Assembly (NCBI GenBank): GCA_001600695.1
Contig: BCKQ01000008.1
Coordinates: 161,781-225,780 of the forward strand
Source: Ascoidea asiatica JCM 7603
Taxonomy: Eukaryota; Fungi; Ascomycota
Length of the DNA stretch: 64,000 nucleotides
Reading direction: 5' to 3'
In this document: piece by piece, positions 45,340-56,647 of the stretch
Position numbering within the stretch: position 1 is the stretch's first letter
How the letters are laid out: every line of letters starts with the position of its first letter
Program-made: the position numbers and the translations under genes
Notes under the pieces: model-generated
What the model saw: only the letters and a program-made list of their open reading frames with translations
What the model was told of the DNA's origin: nothing
Database searches by the model: none

Positions 45340-46423
45340 ATGTCTAATTCATCAAATAATTATTCAAATCATTCAAATTCTTTAAATTTTTATATTGAAA
45401 AAATTAAAAAAATTGAATTAAAAAATAATATTCAATTTTTATATCCAACTCAATTAAGTATTCCAATAGAAAATGGTGAAGAATTAATTGATATAAAATT
45501 AGATGAAAATTTAAATGATTCAAATGAAATTTGTGATTTATTAAAAAATGAAAATAGTGATATAAAATATTGGTTAATAATTTCAATTGCATTCTCAAAT
45601 CAATATAAATTAAATCATGCAATTAATATTATAAAAATTGGTTTAAATTTTTTAAATAATAAAGAAAAAAATTTAAATAAAAATTTAGAATTAAAAAAAT
45701 TACCATTAATTGAATTATTAATTTGGTTATATATTAAAAAATCAAGAAATTGTAATGATATAATTTTAAAAAAAAATTTTTTACAATTAGCTGATAAATT
45801 AATTGCAAAATTATCAACAAATTCTGTACCAAGATTACCAACAATTTTAGCAAGATCAATAATTAATTTAGAAAATAATGATTTAGATTCTTCATTATCT
45901 GCTTTTAATAATATTAATTTAATTTCAAATAATTCTAATACTATTACTACAAATTCTAAAAATAATTTAATAAATAATAATAATAATAATAATTTAAATT
46001 TAAATTTAAATTCAAATTCAAATAAAAATTTATTCACTTTAATGGGTAAAGCAAATATTTATTTTATGAAAAAAAATTATAATCAATCTTTAAAAATTTA
46101 TCAAAATGTTTTAATTTTAAATCCAATTTTTAATCCAGATCCAAGAATTGGTATTGGTTTATCTGCTTGGTTTCTTAATGATAAAATTTTTGCAAAAAAA
46201 TCTTGGGAAAGATCTTTAGAATTATATCCAAATAATTTAATTTCAAATATTTTAATTTTAATTTTAAAATTTAATGAAATTTTTAATAATTCTTTAACTG
46301 ATTTAAATTTTAAAAAAAATTATAATTTAATTATTTTAAAAGTTTATCAATTATATAATCAACATCAATTACAATCAAATATTATTAATAATGATATTAA
46401 TATTAATTTTAATATAGATAATG

Positions 46424-46460
<37 letters not shown>

Positions 46461-46938
46461 TATTATTGAAGATAAAAATTCAAATATTAATAATCATCAA
46501 AATCCAGTAATAATTTTAATTTTAATTTCTTATTTATATTCAATTAAAAATTATAAATTATGTGAATTTTTAATAAAAAATTTTTTAAATAAAATTAATA
46601 AAAATTTAATTTTACCAGAAATTTTATCTGATTTAAATTTTTGGTTAGGTAGAATTTATTTAATTAAAAAAGATTATTCAAATTCTTTAAAATCTTTTCA
46701 AATTTCTTTAAATTTAAATAATGATAATTTATATTCAAAAATTGCTATAAGTCAATTACAATTAAATAAAAAAAATTTTGAAGAATCAATTTTAACTTTT
46801 GAAAATTTAATTAAATTAAATTCAAATTCTATTGAATTAAATTTATTCTTAGGTTTATTATATTCTGAAAAATCTGATAGTTTATTAAATTCAATTAAAA
46901 ATTTTAATCCAAATCAAATTTTAAATAATAATAATAAC

Positions 46939-46996
<58 letters not shown>

Positions 46997-49335
46997 TTAA
47001 TAGTGATAATATTATAAATAATAATAATAATTTAAAAATTCAATATGAAAATTGTTTAAAAAATTCAAATATTTATCTTGAAAAATATATTAGATTATGT
47101 AAAAAATTAAATGAATTACCAATTTTAAATTCTTATTTAACTTTAAGTAAAAATTATGAAAATAAAGATATTTCAAAATCTTTAAATTATTTACAAAATG
47201 CAATGGAATTAATTAAATTTTTAAATAATAATGATGCAAAAAAAATTCCAAGTGAAATTTTAAATAATATTGGTGTATTTCATTATTTAAAAGGTAATGT
47301 TGATTCTGCTAAAACTTTTTTTAAATTATCTTTATCAAATAATGATAATGATAATAATAATGATAATGGAAATGAAACTAGTTCAGATAATAATTTAGTA
47401 AAAGAAAAAGATATTACAATTCGTTATAATATTACAAGAGCAAATGATAGTAGTATTGATTTCTTAAATGATGATTTTAATAATATTTCTGAAAAAGTTT
47501 TTCATGTTGTTAAATATTATGATGATTTATTAATTAATTGTCCAAATTATACTTATGCAAAATTAAGAAAATTTTATTTATTATCAATGGATCAAAAATT
47601 TATTTCAAATGAAAAAAATTTAGAAAATTTAGAAAATGAAATCAATCAATTAGTTTATTCAAATTTTAATAAAAAAAATTTAGAAATTAGAGCATTTTAT
47701 GGTTGGTTTTTAAAAAAATTTAATAAAAAATTAATAATTTTTAAAAAATCAATTAAAAATTCAGATAATCCAGAAACTTCTTTATATATAGAAACTTTAG
47801 CAAAATATGATTCTCATGATTGTTATTCATTAATTTCTTTAGGTAATATTTACCTTTCATTAGCAAGAGAATTTAAATGTAAAAATAGACATGATGAAGC
47901 TAAAAAAAATAATTATTATATTAGATCAACACAATTTTATCAAAAAGTTTTAACATTAGATCCAAATAATTTATTTGCAGCTCAAGGTATTGCAATAATT
48001 TTTGCAGAATTACAACAACCTGAATTATCTTTAGAAATTTTTAGAAAAATTAGAGATTCATTAAATGATGTTTCAATATTTATTAATTTAGGTCATGTTT
48101 TAATTGATGTTAAACAATATTCAAAAGCAATTGAATGTTATGAATTAGCTTTGAAAAGATTTAATGGTGATGAAAATTTTATTAAAGATCCAAAGATTTT
48201 TATATTATTAGGTAGAGCATGGTATGCTCGTGGTATGGGAGATCAATCATTTACAAGTTTAAATACAGCTTTAGAATATTCAAAAAAGGCTTTGAATATT
48301 GCAATTAAACAAGAAATTTCATTAATGATACCATCATTAAAATTTAATATTGCATTTTTACAATTTCAAATTGCAGAATTTGTTAAAAAATTATCAAATA
48401 GTAAAAGAACTTCAGAAGATATTAAAATTGCAATTAAAGATTTGGAAGAAGGTATTAAAACTTTAGAAATTTTATCAAAAGAAAAATATTCACCATTTTC
48501 TTCAACAAATCTTGAACAAAGAGCTGCTATGGGTAATAATACAATCAAAATTCAATTAAATAATGCATTGAATGACCAATTATTATATGAAAAGAAATTT
48601 AATGATAAAATTGAGCAAGGTATGGAACAAAGAAGAATTGAAAAAGAATCAATTGAAAAAGAGAAAAAGAAAAGAGAAAAAGAAGAAGAAGAAATTCAAA
48701 AGAAAATTACAGAAGAAAGAGAAAAATTAACAAAACAAGCACTTGAATGGAAAGAACAAATGATTAAAGAAGCTGAAGAAGTTGAATTACTGAAAAAGAA
48801 AAAAGATGACGAAGATTTTGTTGAATCTGATTTGGAAAATAATGATAATAATGATAATAATAGTTATGATGAAAATGATGATGAAAATAAAGATGAATTC
48901 AAAGATGAAAATAGAGAGGAAAATGGAGATGAAAATAAAGATGAAAATAAAAATATTGATAATAATACTAAAGGTAAAAAAAGAAGGAGTAATAAAAAAA
49001 ATGAAAATGGAACTAATAATAAAAGAGTTAAAAGATCAAAAGAAGATAAAGAAAAATTCAGTAGAAAGAAGAAATCCGATAAATCTAGTGAGTTTATTGA
49101 AGATAGTGATGAAGAAGCAGATTATGAAGGTGTTTATGAAGCCAAAGCCCCTATTAAAAGAATAATTGAAGATGATGAGGAAGAAGATGGAGTTATACAA
49201 AGTACAATTCCTCTGAGTATTGAAGGCAAAGATGAAAATCTTGAAGATCGTGCAATTAAGAAAGAATATGTCACGAAAAGAAAAGAAGAAGACGAGGATA
49301 TTGAATTAGAATCTGAAATTGAAGAAGACGCTTAA
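45340..49335 (+). CDS. CTR9: Paf1 complex TPR subunit Ctr9 with poly-Asn insertions
   Basis: PDPRIGIGL, EILNNIGVFHY, HDCYSLISLGN, QKVLTLDPNNLFAAQGIAI, LLGRAWYARG, and acidic/basic tail with SSEFIEDSDEE. Confidence 0.95.
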
Positions 49336-49592
49336 GATAGATAATAAATGAATGCTGATTAATTATCTATTTATTTATTTGTAAAATAGTTAAGAAAGAA
49401 TAAAGTTATTTATATATATATATATTTTTTTTTATATAAGAGAATTAAACAATTTTGAATACATTATTAAATTAATTGAAAAATGAAAAAAACGAATGTA
49501 AAACGTAAACAGAAAAAATAAATGAAATTAGATATGAAAATTAAATTAAATTAAACTAAAAATAAATAAAAAAAACTAAAGATAAATGAATT

Positions 49593-50513
49593 TTAAAAAA
49601 TATGAGCAGCCCATTCATTTTCTCTTTTTATTGCTTCAGCTTCTTCTTTTGAGAATTGTTTTGTGATATTAAATTTTTCTCTTATTTCTTGATATGACAT
49701 TTTTTTAATTTGATTTGCAACAACTTTACAACATGAATTTAATAAAATTTTAATATTTAAATAATTTGAAGCTAAAAGAACATTATATAATTTTTCATCA
49801 TCAAGATTTAAAAATTCTTTATCCCATTCATCAAGTTCAGCTTCATTTTTTTTAAGCATTCTATCATCGTCATCATCATCATCTTCGTCATCATCATCTT
49901 CATAATCAAAATCTTCTCTTTCATCATCATCATCTTCTTCTTCATCATAATCATCATCATAATTTTCAGCATAATTTTCAGCATCATTTGCATTAACATC
50001 ACGATCAAAAGAAGTAAGAATATCATTATTTTCTATATGAGATTCAGTTATTGAATTTGTTTTTGAAAGTTTATTTTTAGAAGATTTATTTAATTTTTTT
50101 TCATGATGAATTAAAAATTTCAAAACTAAATTTAAAGTTTCTGAATTAACATTATCTAAAGGAATTTCCAAAAGATTATTTGGATCATTTGGATCATTAG
50201 TAATTTCATCATCTTCATCATCATCAGCATCATCAAAATCATTTATAATATTTCTTATAACAATTGATTTACATATAATACTTTTAGTTGTTATAATTTT
50301 TTGATTATCGGAAGTAATTAAAATAATATCAGTTTTTGGATTTAAATTTGATTTTGAAATATCTGATTGTTTTGATTGTGAAGTAGTTGAAGTTGAAGTT
50401 GGAACTTCAATAGAAGTTGGAGCTGGAGTTGAAGCTTCAATTGGAGTTGGAGCTGTAGCTGTAGGAGAAGTTGCACCAGCTATTGGAGTTTCACTAACAT
50501 TTGAAGAAGACAT
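49593..50513 (-). CDS. SKP1: Divergent Skp1-family protein (306 aa) with Ser/Thr/Pro N-extension and long acidic insert
   Basis: IILITSD, IPLDNVNSETLNLVL, DEWDKEFL, LLASNYLNIKILL..CKVVA, EIREKFNI...IKRENEWA. Whether it is the orthologue or a paralogue is unresolved. Confidence 0.8.
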   Translation of the reverse strand: MSSSNVSETPIAGATSPTATAPTPIEASTPAPTSIEVPTSTSTTSQSKQSDISKSNLNPKTDIILITSDNQKIITTKSIICKSIVIRNIINDFDDADDDEDDEITNDPNDPNNLLEIPLDNVNSETLNLVLKFLIHHEKKLNKSSKNKLSKTNSITESHIENNDILTSFDRDVNANDAENYAENYDDDYDEEEDDDDEREDFDYEDDDDEDDDDDDDRMLKKNEAELDEWDKEFLNLDDEKLYNVLLASNYLNIKILLNSCCKVVANQIKKMSYQEIREKFNITKQFSKEEAEAIKRENEWAAHIF

Positions 50514-51111
50514 TATTATTGGATTATATATAAGATGATAGAGATGATTTGAATAGAATGATGAATGAATTTAGTATCAATTATAAAATGATATTGAAAT
50601 AGATTATAGAGATTATAAAGATTATGGAATAGAGAATAGAAAATATCTATATTTTATATTCTATTTTATTTGAAATTTTAAGTTTACTTTTTTTTAAAAA
50701 GGGAAACAATTGATTTCGGAAGCAGTTGAAACACTAAGAAATGAAAGCTGAAAAAGGGGACTTTAGATAAGTAACTATAAAGTATTCGAAATAAAGAGAT
50801 CCAAGAGAAGATTCTTGGTAAAAAGTTACAAAGATGATTTGAAATAAAACTAAGAAATACTTTTGAAGAGAATTGAAACCAATATAATATTTTTATGAAA
50901 AGAATCAAAGATGATAAAAAGAAGTTTTGTGAGATAGATTGATTTAGCGATGAAATGAAATCAAGAATAATAATAGTAAAATAAGGTAATAACAGTAGCA
51001 GTAGATAATGGCAGTAATGGCAGCATTAGAAGAAGTGCACGCAAATAGCCTACCGGGACACTGCTGAAAAGTCACACAAAAGTTCCACGCCTGCAACAAA
51101 AGAAATGGATC

Positions 51112-51153
51112 GGAGCCTGGAGCCTGGAGCCTGGAGCCTGGAGCCTGGAGCCT
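51112..51153. repeat. (GGAGCCT)6 GC-rich tandem repeat
   Basis: Six perfect 7-mers in the SKP1/PHB1 divergent intergenic region. Confidence 0.9.
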
Positions 51154-51178
51154 GGTGCACGGAACAGCGCCATGCAGT

Positions 51179-51321
51179 TGGTCTCAGGAAGGTCAGCGGA
51201 CTTATTTGAGACCATATTAATGGCATTTAACAAAGATCCTCATAAATGGTCTTAAACTTATCACATGCATATACAAGACCATGACAACGGTTGTAGAAAC
51301 AGTTCCACAATATTGGTCTCA
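51179..51321. repeat. Array of five alternating-orientation TGGTCT/AGACCA motifs
   Basis: TGGTCTCA 51179, TGAGACCA 51207, TGGTCTTA 51247, CAAGACCA 51274, TGGTCTCA 51314. Confidence 0.75.
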
Positions 51322-51345
51322 AAAATATTTAGTCATGTGATATGT

Positions 51346-51352
51346 TCACGTG
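51346..51352. promoter_or_regulatory. Cbf1-type E-box TCACGTG upstream of PHB1
   Basis: About 200 bp upstream of the ATG; variant GTCATGTGA at 51332-51340. Confidence 0.5.
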
Positions 51353-51555
51353 CCTTTTATTATAAGAACTTCAAATAGTGGAGATTTAAAGTAATGGTTA
51401 ATTATTATGAGGATTTCAATGCAATACTCTAAAACAGAGCAAATTCAAAATATAAATGAAAGGCAAATAATTGTTAATATAATTAGTTTGACTTATCTAT
51501 TTAGATATCAAAATATAATTACAATATAATTGCTTTGAAATATAATTACTTCATA

Positions 51556-52398
51556 ATGTCTAGATTAGTTGATATTTTATCAAAAATTGCAATTCCTGTA
51601 GGAGTTGCAGTTACTGCTGCCCAATATTCAATGTATGATGTTAAAGGAGGTTCAAGAGCTGTAATTTTTGATAGATTATCTGGTGTTCAAACAACTGTAA
51701 TTGGTGAAGGTACACATTTTTTAATACCATGGTTACAAAAACCAATAATTTATGATATTAGAACAAGACCAAGAAGTATAACTTCAACTACAGGTTCAAA
51801 AGATTTACAAATGGTTAGTTTAACTTTAAGAGTTTTACATAGACCTGATGTTTTAAATTTACCAAAAATTTATCAATCTTTAGGTCTTGATTATGATGAA
51901 AGAGTTTTACCATCAATTGGTAATGAAGTTTTAAAATCAATTGTTGCCCAATTTGATGCAGCTGAATTAATTACTCAAAGAGAAGTAATTTCAAATAAAA
52001 TTAGATCTGAATTAAGTACAAGAGCAAATGAATTTAAAATAAAATTAGAAGATGTTTCAATAACTCATATGAATTTTGGTAAAGAATTTACAAAAGCTGT
52101 TGAACAAAAACAAATTGCTCAACAAGATGCTGAAAGAGCTAAATATTTAGTTGAAAAAGCTCAACAAGAGAAAAAAGCTTCAATTATTAGAGCTGAAGGT
52201 GAAGCTGAAGCCGCTGAACATATTTCAAAAGCTTTAGATAAAGCTGGTGATGGTTTATTATTAATTAGAAGAATTGAAGCAAGTAAAGAAATTGCTCAAA
52301 CTCTTGCTTCTTCTCCAAATGTAACTTATTTACCTAAAAATGGTTCTGCTGATGGTGGTCAAGCTTCAAATAGTTTACTTTTAAATCTTGGTCGTTAA
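51556..52398 (+). CDS. PHB1: Prohibitin 1
   Basis: ATG at 51556 ([10 protein letters not shown]). [63 protein letters not shown]. Confidence 0.97.
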   Translation: MSRLVDILSKIAIPVGVAVTAAQYSMYDVKGGSRAVIFDRLSGVQTTVIGEGTHFLIPWLQKPIIYDIRTRPRSITSTTGSKDLQMVSLTLRVLHRPDVLNLPKIYQSLGLDYDERVLPSIGNEVLKSIVAQFDAAELITQREVISNKIRSELSTRANEFKIKLEDVSITHMNFGKEFTKAVEQKQIAQQDAERAKYLVEKAQQEKKASIIRAEGEAEAAEHISKALDKAGDGLLLIRRIEASKEIAQTLASSPNVTYLPKNGSADGGQASNSLLLNLGR

Positions 52399-52633
52399 AA
52401 AATCTTTTAAATAAATAATTTTTTTTTTCTTTACTAAATAATTGTTCATTTATTTATTTATTTATATATTACTGTATATAGTTATCAAATATAATCATAA
52501 TCCCCCATTATTAATATTACTATTATTATTATTATAAAAAAAACAAAATTGAAAAAAAAAAAAAAAACTAACAACTTGAAAATTTAGAAATTCATATAAG
52601 CTTACAAAAACATAATGTAAATATATTAATGTA

Positions 52634-53956
52634 TTAGGCAATATCAACCATTTCAGAATCATCTAAATCTTCATCATAATCGTCTTCACCATTTTTATCA
52701 TCATCATTAATATCTTCACCATTATTTTTTCTTCTTTCAGCTTCAACAATTTGTTTAAATTCTGGTTTTAAACAATATCTTGAAGAATATGTACCTTTTC
52801 TAATAAATGTTGCAATATTATCTAAACTTTCTTTTAAATAACTTTCTGGTTGATTAGTTCTATCTTTTAAACCTTTTAAAGACCAATAATCATATTCACC
52901 AAATAATCTAATTAATAAACCTAATAAATCAGTTTGTGGCATTCTGATGGCTCTACCTTCTTTAATAATTTTACCATTATTATTTAAATTATTTGAATTA
53001 CTATTATTAATAATATTTTGAATATCAATAAAAGCAATTTGTTTATCACCTTTAAGACTTGTCATAACATTTGTTTGACCTTGAGCTTGAATTGAATCAA
53101 TTTCTTGAACTCTTTTACGTTCAGGTTGATTAATAATATTTTCTCTTCTTTTTAAAATTACATTTCTATAATTGGGATCTTTTATTGAAGGTTTAACTAA
53201 ACATTCATGACAAACTTTACCAATTAATGCAGTTTTTTTTGGAATTGTTTTAACAAATGGGGTATATTTTCTACCAGTTACATTTTGATTATAATTAAAT
53301 TTATTTTTATAATAATTTTTTTTATTAAATTTTTTTTTATTTTCAATTAATTTATCTTTATCTTTATCTTTATTATCATTATTATTATTATTATTTTTAT
53401 CTTTATCATTATTATCATTATTATTAATTTTTTCTAAATCAGCTTCAGAAAATATATATTGATTTTTAACAGTTGTATTTAATAAATCTAAATTATATTC
53501 ATGTGGAATTTCTTTAAAATTTTCATTATTTGGATCTAATAATAATTTAACTTGATAAGGATTATTTGTATTTGAATTTTTTATAGATTCAATTCTTAAA
53601 TTACCCATTTTTTGATTTTCAATTGAATCAATATCTCTCCATTTTTCTGCTAAAAATTTTGGTAATTTAACTAACCAAACTTTATTTGAAGCTTTTGATA
53701 AATCTAAATCACCTCTATTCAAAAGATTTGAATCGTTTTTATCATTTTTATCATTTTTATTATCATTTTTGTTATCAATTTTATTAGTTATATTATTTAT
53801 GGTATTTTCTTTATTATTGAATTCTTGTTTAAATTCCTGATTGATTTCTTGTTTGATTTCCTGTTTAATTTCTTGATTATCATTATTATTATTTAATTGA
53901 ATTGGTAAATGTGGAATTAACTCATCTTTAACAGATACTTCTTTTTTAACATTCAT
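52634..53956 (-). CDS. TFG2: TFIIF beta subunit
   Basis: LDLS..SNKVWLVKLPKFLAEKW, PFVKTIPKKTALIGKVCHEC, EGRAIRMP, YDYWSLKGLKDRTNQPESYLKESL. Confidence 0.96.
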   Translation of the reverse strand: MNVKKEVSVKDELIPHLPIQLNNNNDNQEIKQEIKQEINQEFKQEFNNKENTINNITNKIDNKNDNKNDKNDKNDSNLLNRGDLDLSKASNKVWLVKLPKFLAEKWRDIDSIENQKMGNLRIESIKNSNTNNPYQVKLLLDPNNENFKEIPHEYNLDLLNTTVKNQYIFSEADLEKINNNDNNDKDKNNNNNNDNKDKDKDKLIENKKKFNKKNYYKNKFNYNQNVTGRKYTPFVKTIPKKTALIGKVCHECLVKPSIKDPNYRNVILKRRENIINQPERKRVQEIDSIQAQGQTNVMTSLKGDKQIAFIDIQNIINNSNSNNLNNNGKIIKEGRAIRMPQTDLLGLLIRLFGEYDYWSLKGLKDRTNQPESYLKESLDNIATFIRKGTYSSRYCLKPEFKQIVEAERRKNNGEDINDDDKNGEDDYDEDLDDSEMVDIA

Positions 53957-54133
53957 ATCAAACTCAATTTAATCTAATACAATCTAATGATATATAATAA
54001 TAGAAATAATTATTGGATAATACAATTATTCAATGAATCAATTAAATATTATCAATCTATTATCAATTTAATAATTGATTAATATTTGCTATCTTTATTT
54101 TAAATAAACTATTAATATTGGTATAAAATGTGT

Positions 54134-54141
54134 ATCACGTG
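54134..54141. promoter_or_regulatory. Cbf1-type E-box ATCACGTG upstream of TFG2
   Basis: Exact RTCACGTG about 180 bp upstream of the ATG. Confidence 0.55.
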
Positions 54142-54514
54142 CGTTTGATAATTTTTATAACCGTATCCGCAGTATTATCCGTTGAAATAATTTACGGATA
54201 ATAAAAATCAAAAAAAAATGAAGCCAGTTATATGGGTCTTGTTAATAATATCAAATGGATTCATTACTTTATTAAATATAATAAAAATATATTACATTAA
54301 TATTGCTTAAATATCAAGAGAATAGAATATAAATTCAATAGAATGCTTTCAAGAGGATGGAATAGAATGGAGTAAATCAGTTTATATTACAATCATCTTT
54401 ATATTTGAATATACAGACTAACCATTTATTATTTAGATAATTTATTATTACTTTATAATTGATAATTGATAATTTATAATTTATTGAAAGATTAAATATA
54501 AAATTAATATAAAA

Positions 54515-54839
54515 TTAAGCAATTGTTTCAATTTTTAAATCTGGGGGGAAAGATTTTTGTAATTTTTCAGCTTTTTGAGCATCACTTAATACTAAAGTAT
54601 ATAAATTTTTAGTACCTCTAATTTTAAATTTTGTTTCAACATATTTTTTACCAGCTTGATTTATTTTTTTATTTGATTTAACAACTGCGGATCTAATATC
54701 CTTTCTTCTTGCTAATTCTAAGAATTTTTTAATATCTTTGATTTCACGCTATTAATTAAATTAGTTAGTTAATTATTCATTAATTCATTTAGGGATTCAT
54801 TTTTAGGATTGATATAAACGAAATTTAACATACAGCCAT
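54515..54839 (-). CDS. RPL38: 60S ribosomal protein L38 (eL38), two exons: 54834-54839 and 54515-54748
   Basis: Spliced product MA|REIKDIKKFLELARRKDIRSAVVKSNKKINQAGKKYVETKFKIRGTKNLYTLVLSDAQKAEKLQKSFPPDLKIETIA* (79 aa). Absent from the ORF track. Confidence 0.96.
54749..54833 (-). other. Spliceosomal intron of RPL38 (85 nt, phase 0)
   Basis: GTATGT donor (54833-54828), AACTAAC branch point (54770-54764), TAG acceptor (54751-54749). Removal restores MAREI. Confidence 0.93.
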
Positions 54840-55127
54840 TATAAAAATTTATATTATATGTAATTATTGATATTTAAAATATGTAGAAATTAAGATATAA
54901 AAAATTAAATATATTTAATTTAATTCAAATTCGTTATTTCATTCATTACACCATTCCAGTTTGAAAGTAAAAGAACCATTCATTACCTACAAAGTTTCTA
55001 CCAAGGCCAAAGTCAGCACTGACAGAGCTCACAGCATAAACGCTAGCCAGAATCTGACAAAATTGGAGAAAGAACTATGAAAATAATGAAAATTATTGAA
55101 AAGTTCAGATTGATAATAATAAAATAT

Positions 55128-55137
55128 GTCATGTGAC
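55128..55137. promoter_or_regulatory. Cbf1-like site GTCACATGAC upstream of RPL38
   Basis: RTCACRTG variant about 290 bp upstream of the ATG. The same 10-mer occurs near 21916-21925. Confidence 0.4.
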
Positions 55138-56398
55138 ACTACTATATAAAGTAACGTGATATAATATAGGGCTCTTCTAACCTTTTGAATATTGTAAATT
55201 TTAAAAGCGTGATATTTTCTTGCTTAATTCTGACAGTAATCAAGTTCAAGCAGTCGAGAAGAGTTAGAGCATTGCATACTGTTGTATAGGGCTCTACAGC
55301 TTTTGAAAGACATGCGTTAAAGCACATGTAAGATGTTAGTTTTCAAGCACGGCCTCATATTTTGCCACACTTTCCGCCACCAGCACAGCCTTTTAACCAG
55401 CCACTATTATTTTAAAAATATGTGTCTTGGTGCAAGTTTAAAATGACAAACCTAATTTTTGCGCCATAATACAGGGGAAAGAGCAGCGAAAGACCGACGG
55501 AGATAACGACACTGAGCCCACCTTGAAACACGGAGCGAGACCATTTCTGCGGGTTCACTTCCTTTTTCATTGCTCATTAGCTGTTACCACGGAGCAGGCC
55601 CCTGTTCAATCGCCAAAGCACGTGCACCCACCCACCGGATCTATAAATAGCTCTCACTGCCATTCTGACCTATTACCATGGTCTTCACTGTCTTCACTGT
55701 TTTCTTCGCTGCCCTTTCTAACTTTTCTGACTTTTACCACTTTTTCTTCAGCGTTTGTTTGAAACCTGCTGAGAATTCCCATAACTGTTAATTTCACTGA
55801 ACAGTGGTAAATTTGTGCCAATCCATTCCTAAAAAAAAGTACCACTTTCTAACTAAATAATAATAAACAAGTAACAAATAATGAATAATAAATGTTTAAT
55901 TATTAATAATCATCAATATGATAAACGATAATCTTTATTATCATTATCTCAACCAGAATCATAAATAGATAATTAATTATATTCATAATAATACCGAGTA
56001 ACTTAACTAAATATTTTAGGAATCTCTTCAGCATGGTCCCTTTAAATTTATTTATTATATTATATTGTACTGTATTAAACAAATATAATAATATTTAGAT
56101 CACATATCCTCAACTACTTTTTCACAACTCGGCTGTAATGCACTCATCCTCTATTTCTTAATTTATCAAATCTAGATCATTTTATTAAATTTAATATATT
56201 CTTAATACAGATATAATTTAGAAATTATATATAATTATTATAACTTAACTCCTATTCAATTAATCTATTTATCTATTTATTTATTTATTCATTCTTTCTT
56301 TAATTCTTTCTCTTATTCTTTTATTCATTTAATTCAATTATAAATAATCACTACTCTTTAGATATATTATATAAATAAAATCATAAATCATATAAATT

Positions 56399-56614
56399 AT
56401 GCAAAATTATAATAATATTGGTGAAATTCCAATAGATCCAGAATCTGGTTTATCTAATCTATCAAGAAAAAAAACTTTAACAAAACCAAATAGATCTAGA
56501 ATTGATGATCCTGATCATCCAAATTATTATTATAATCAATATATTAATCAATCATCAAATAATAATCATTCAATTAATAATCAATCAAATGAATTGAATA
56601 ATAATAATAATAAT

Positions 56615-56647
<33 letters not shown>

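Noticed and set aside
51179-51290. Two-hairpin arrangement as an H/ACA snoRNA or CRISPR-like array
   Set aside because: The hairpins are only about 36 nt with 8-bp stems, too small for H/ACA. The repeats are 8 bp and alternate in orientation, and there are no cas genes.
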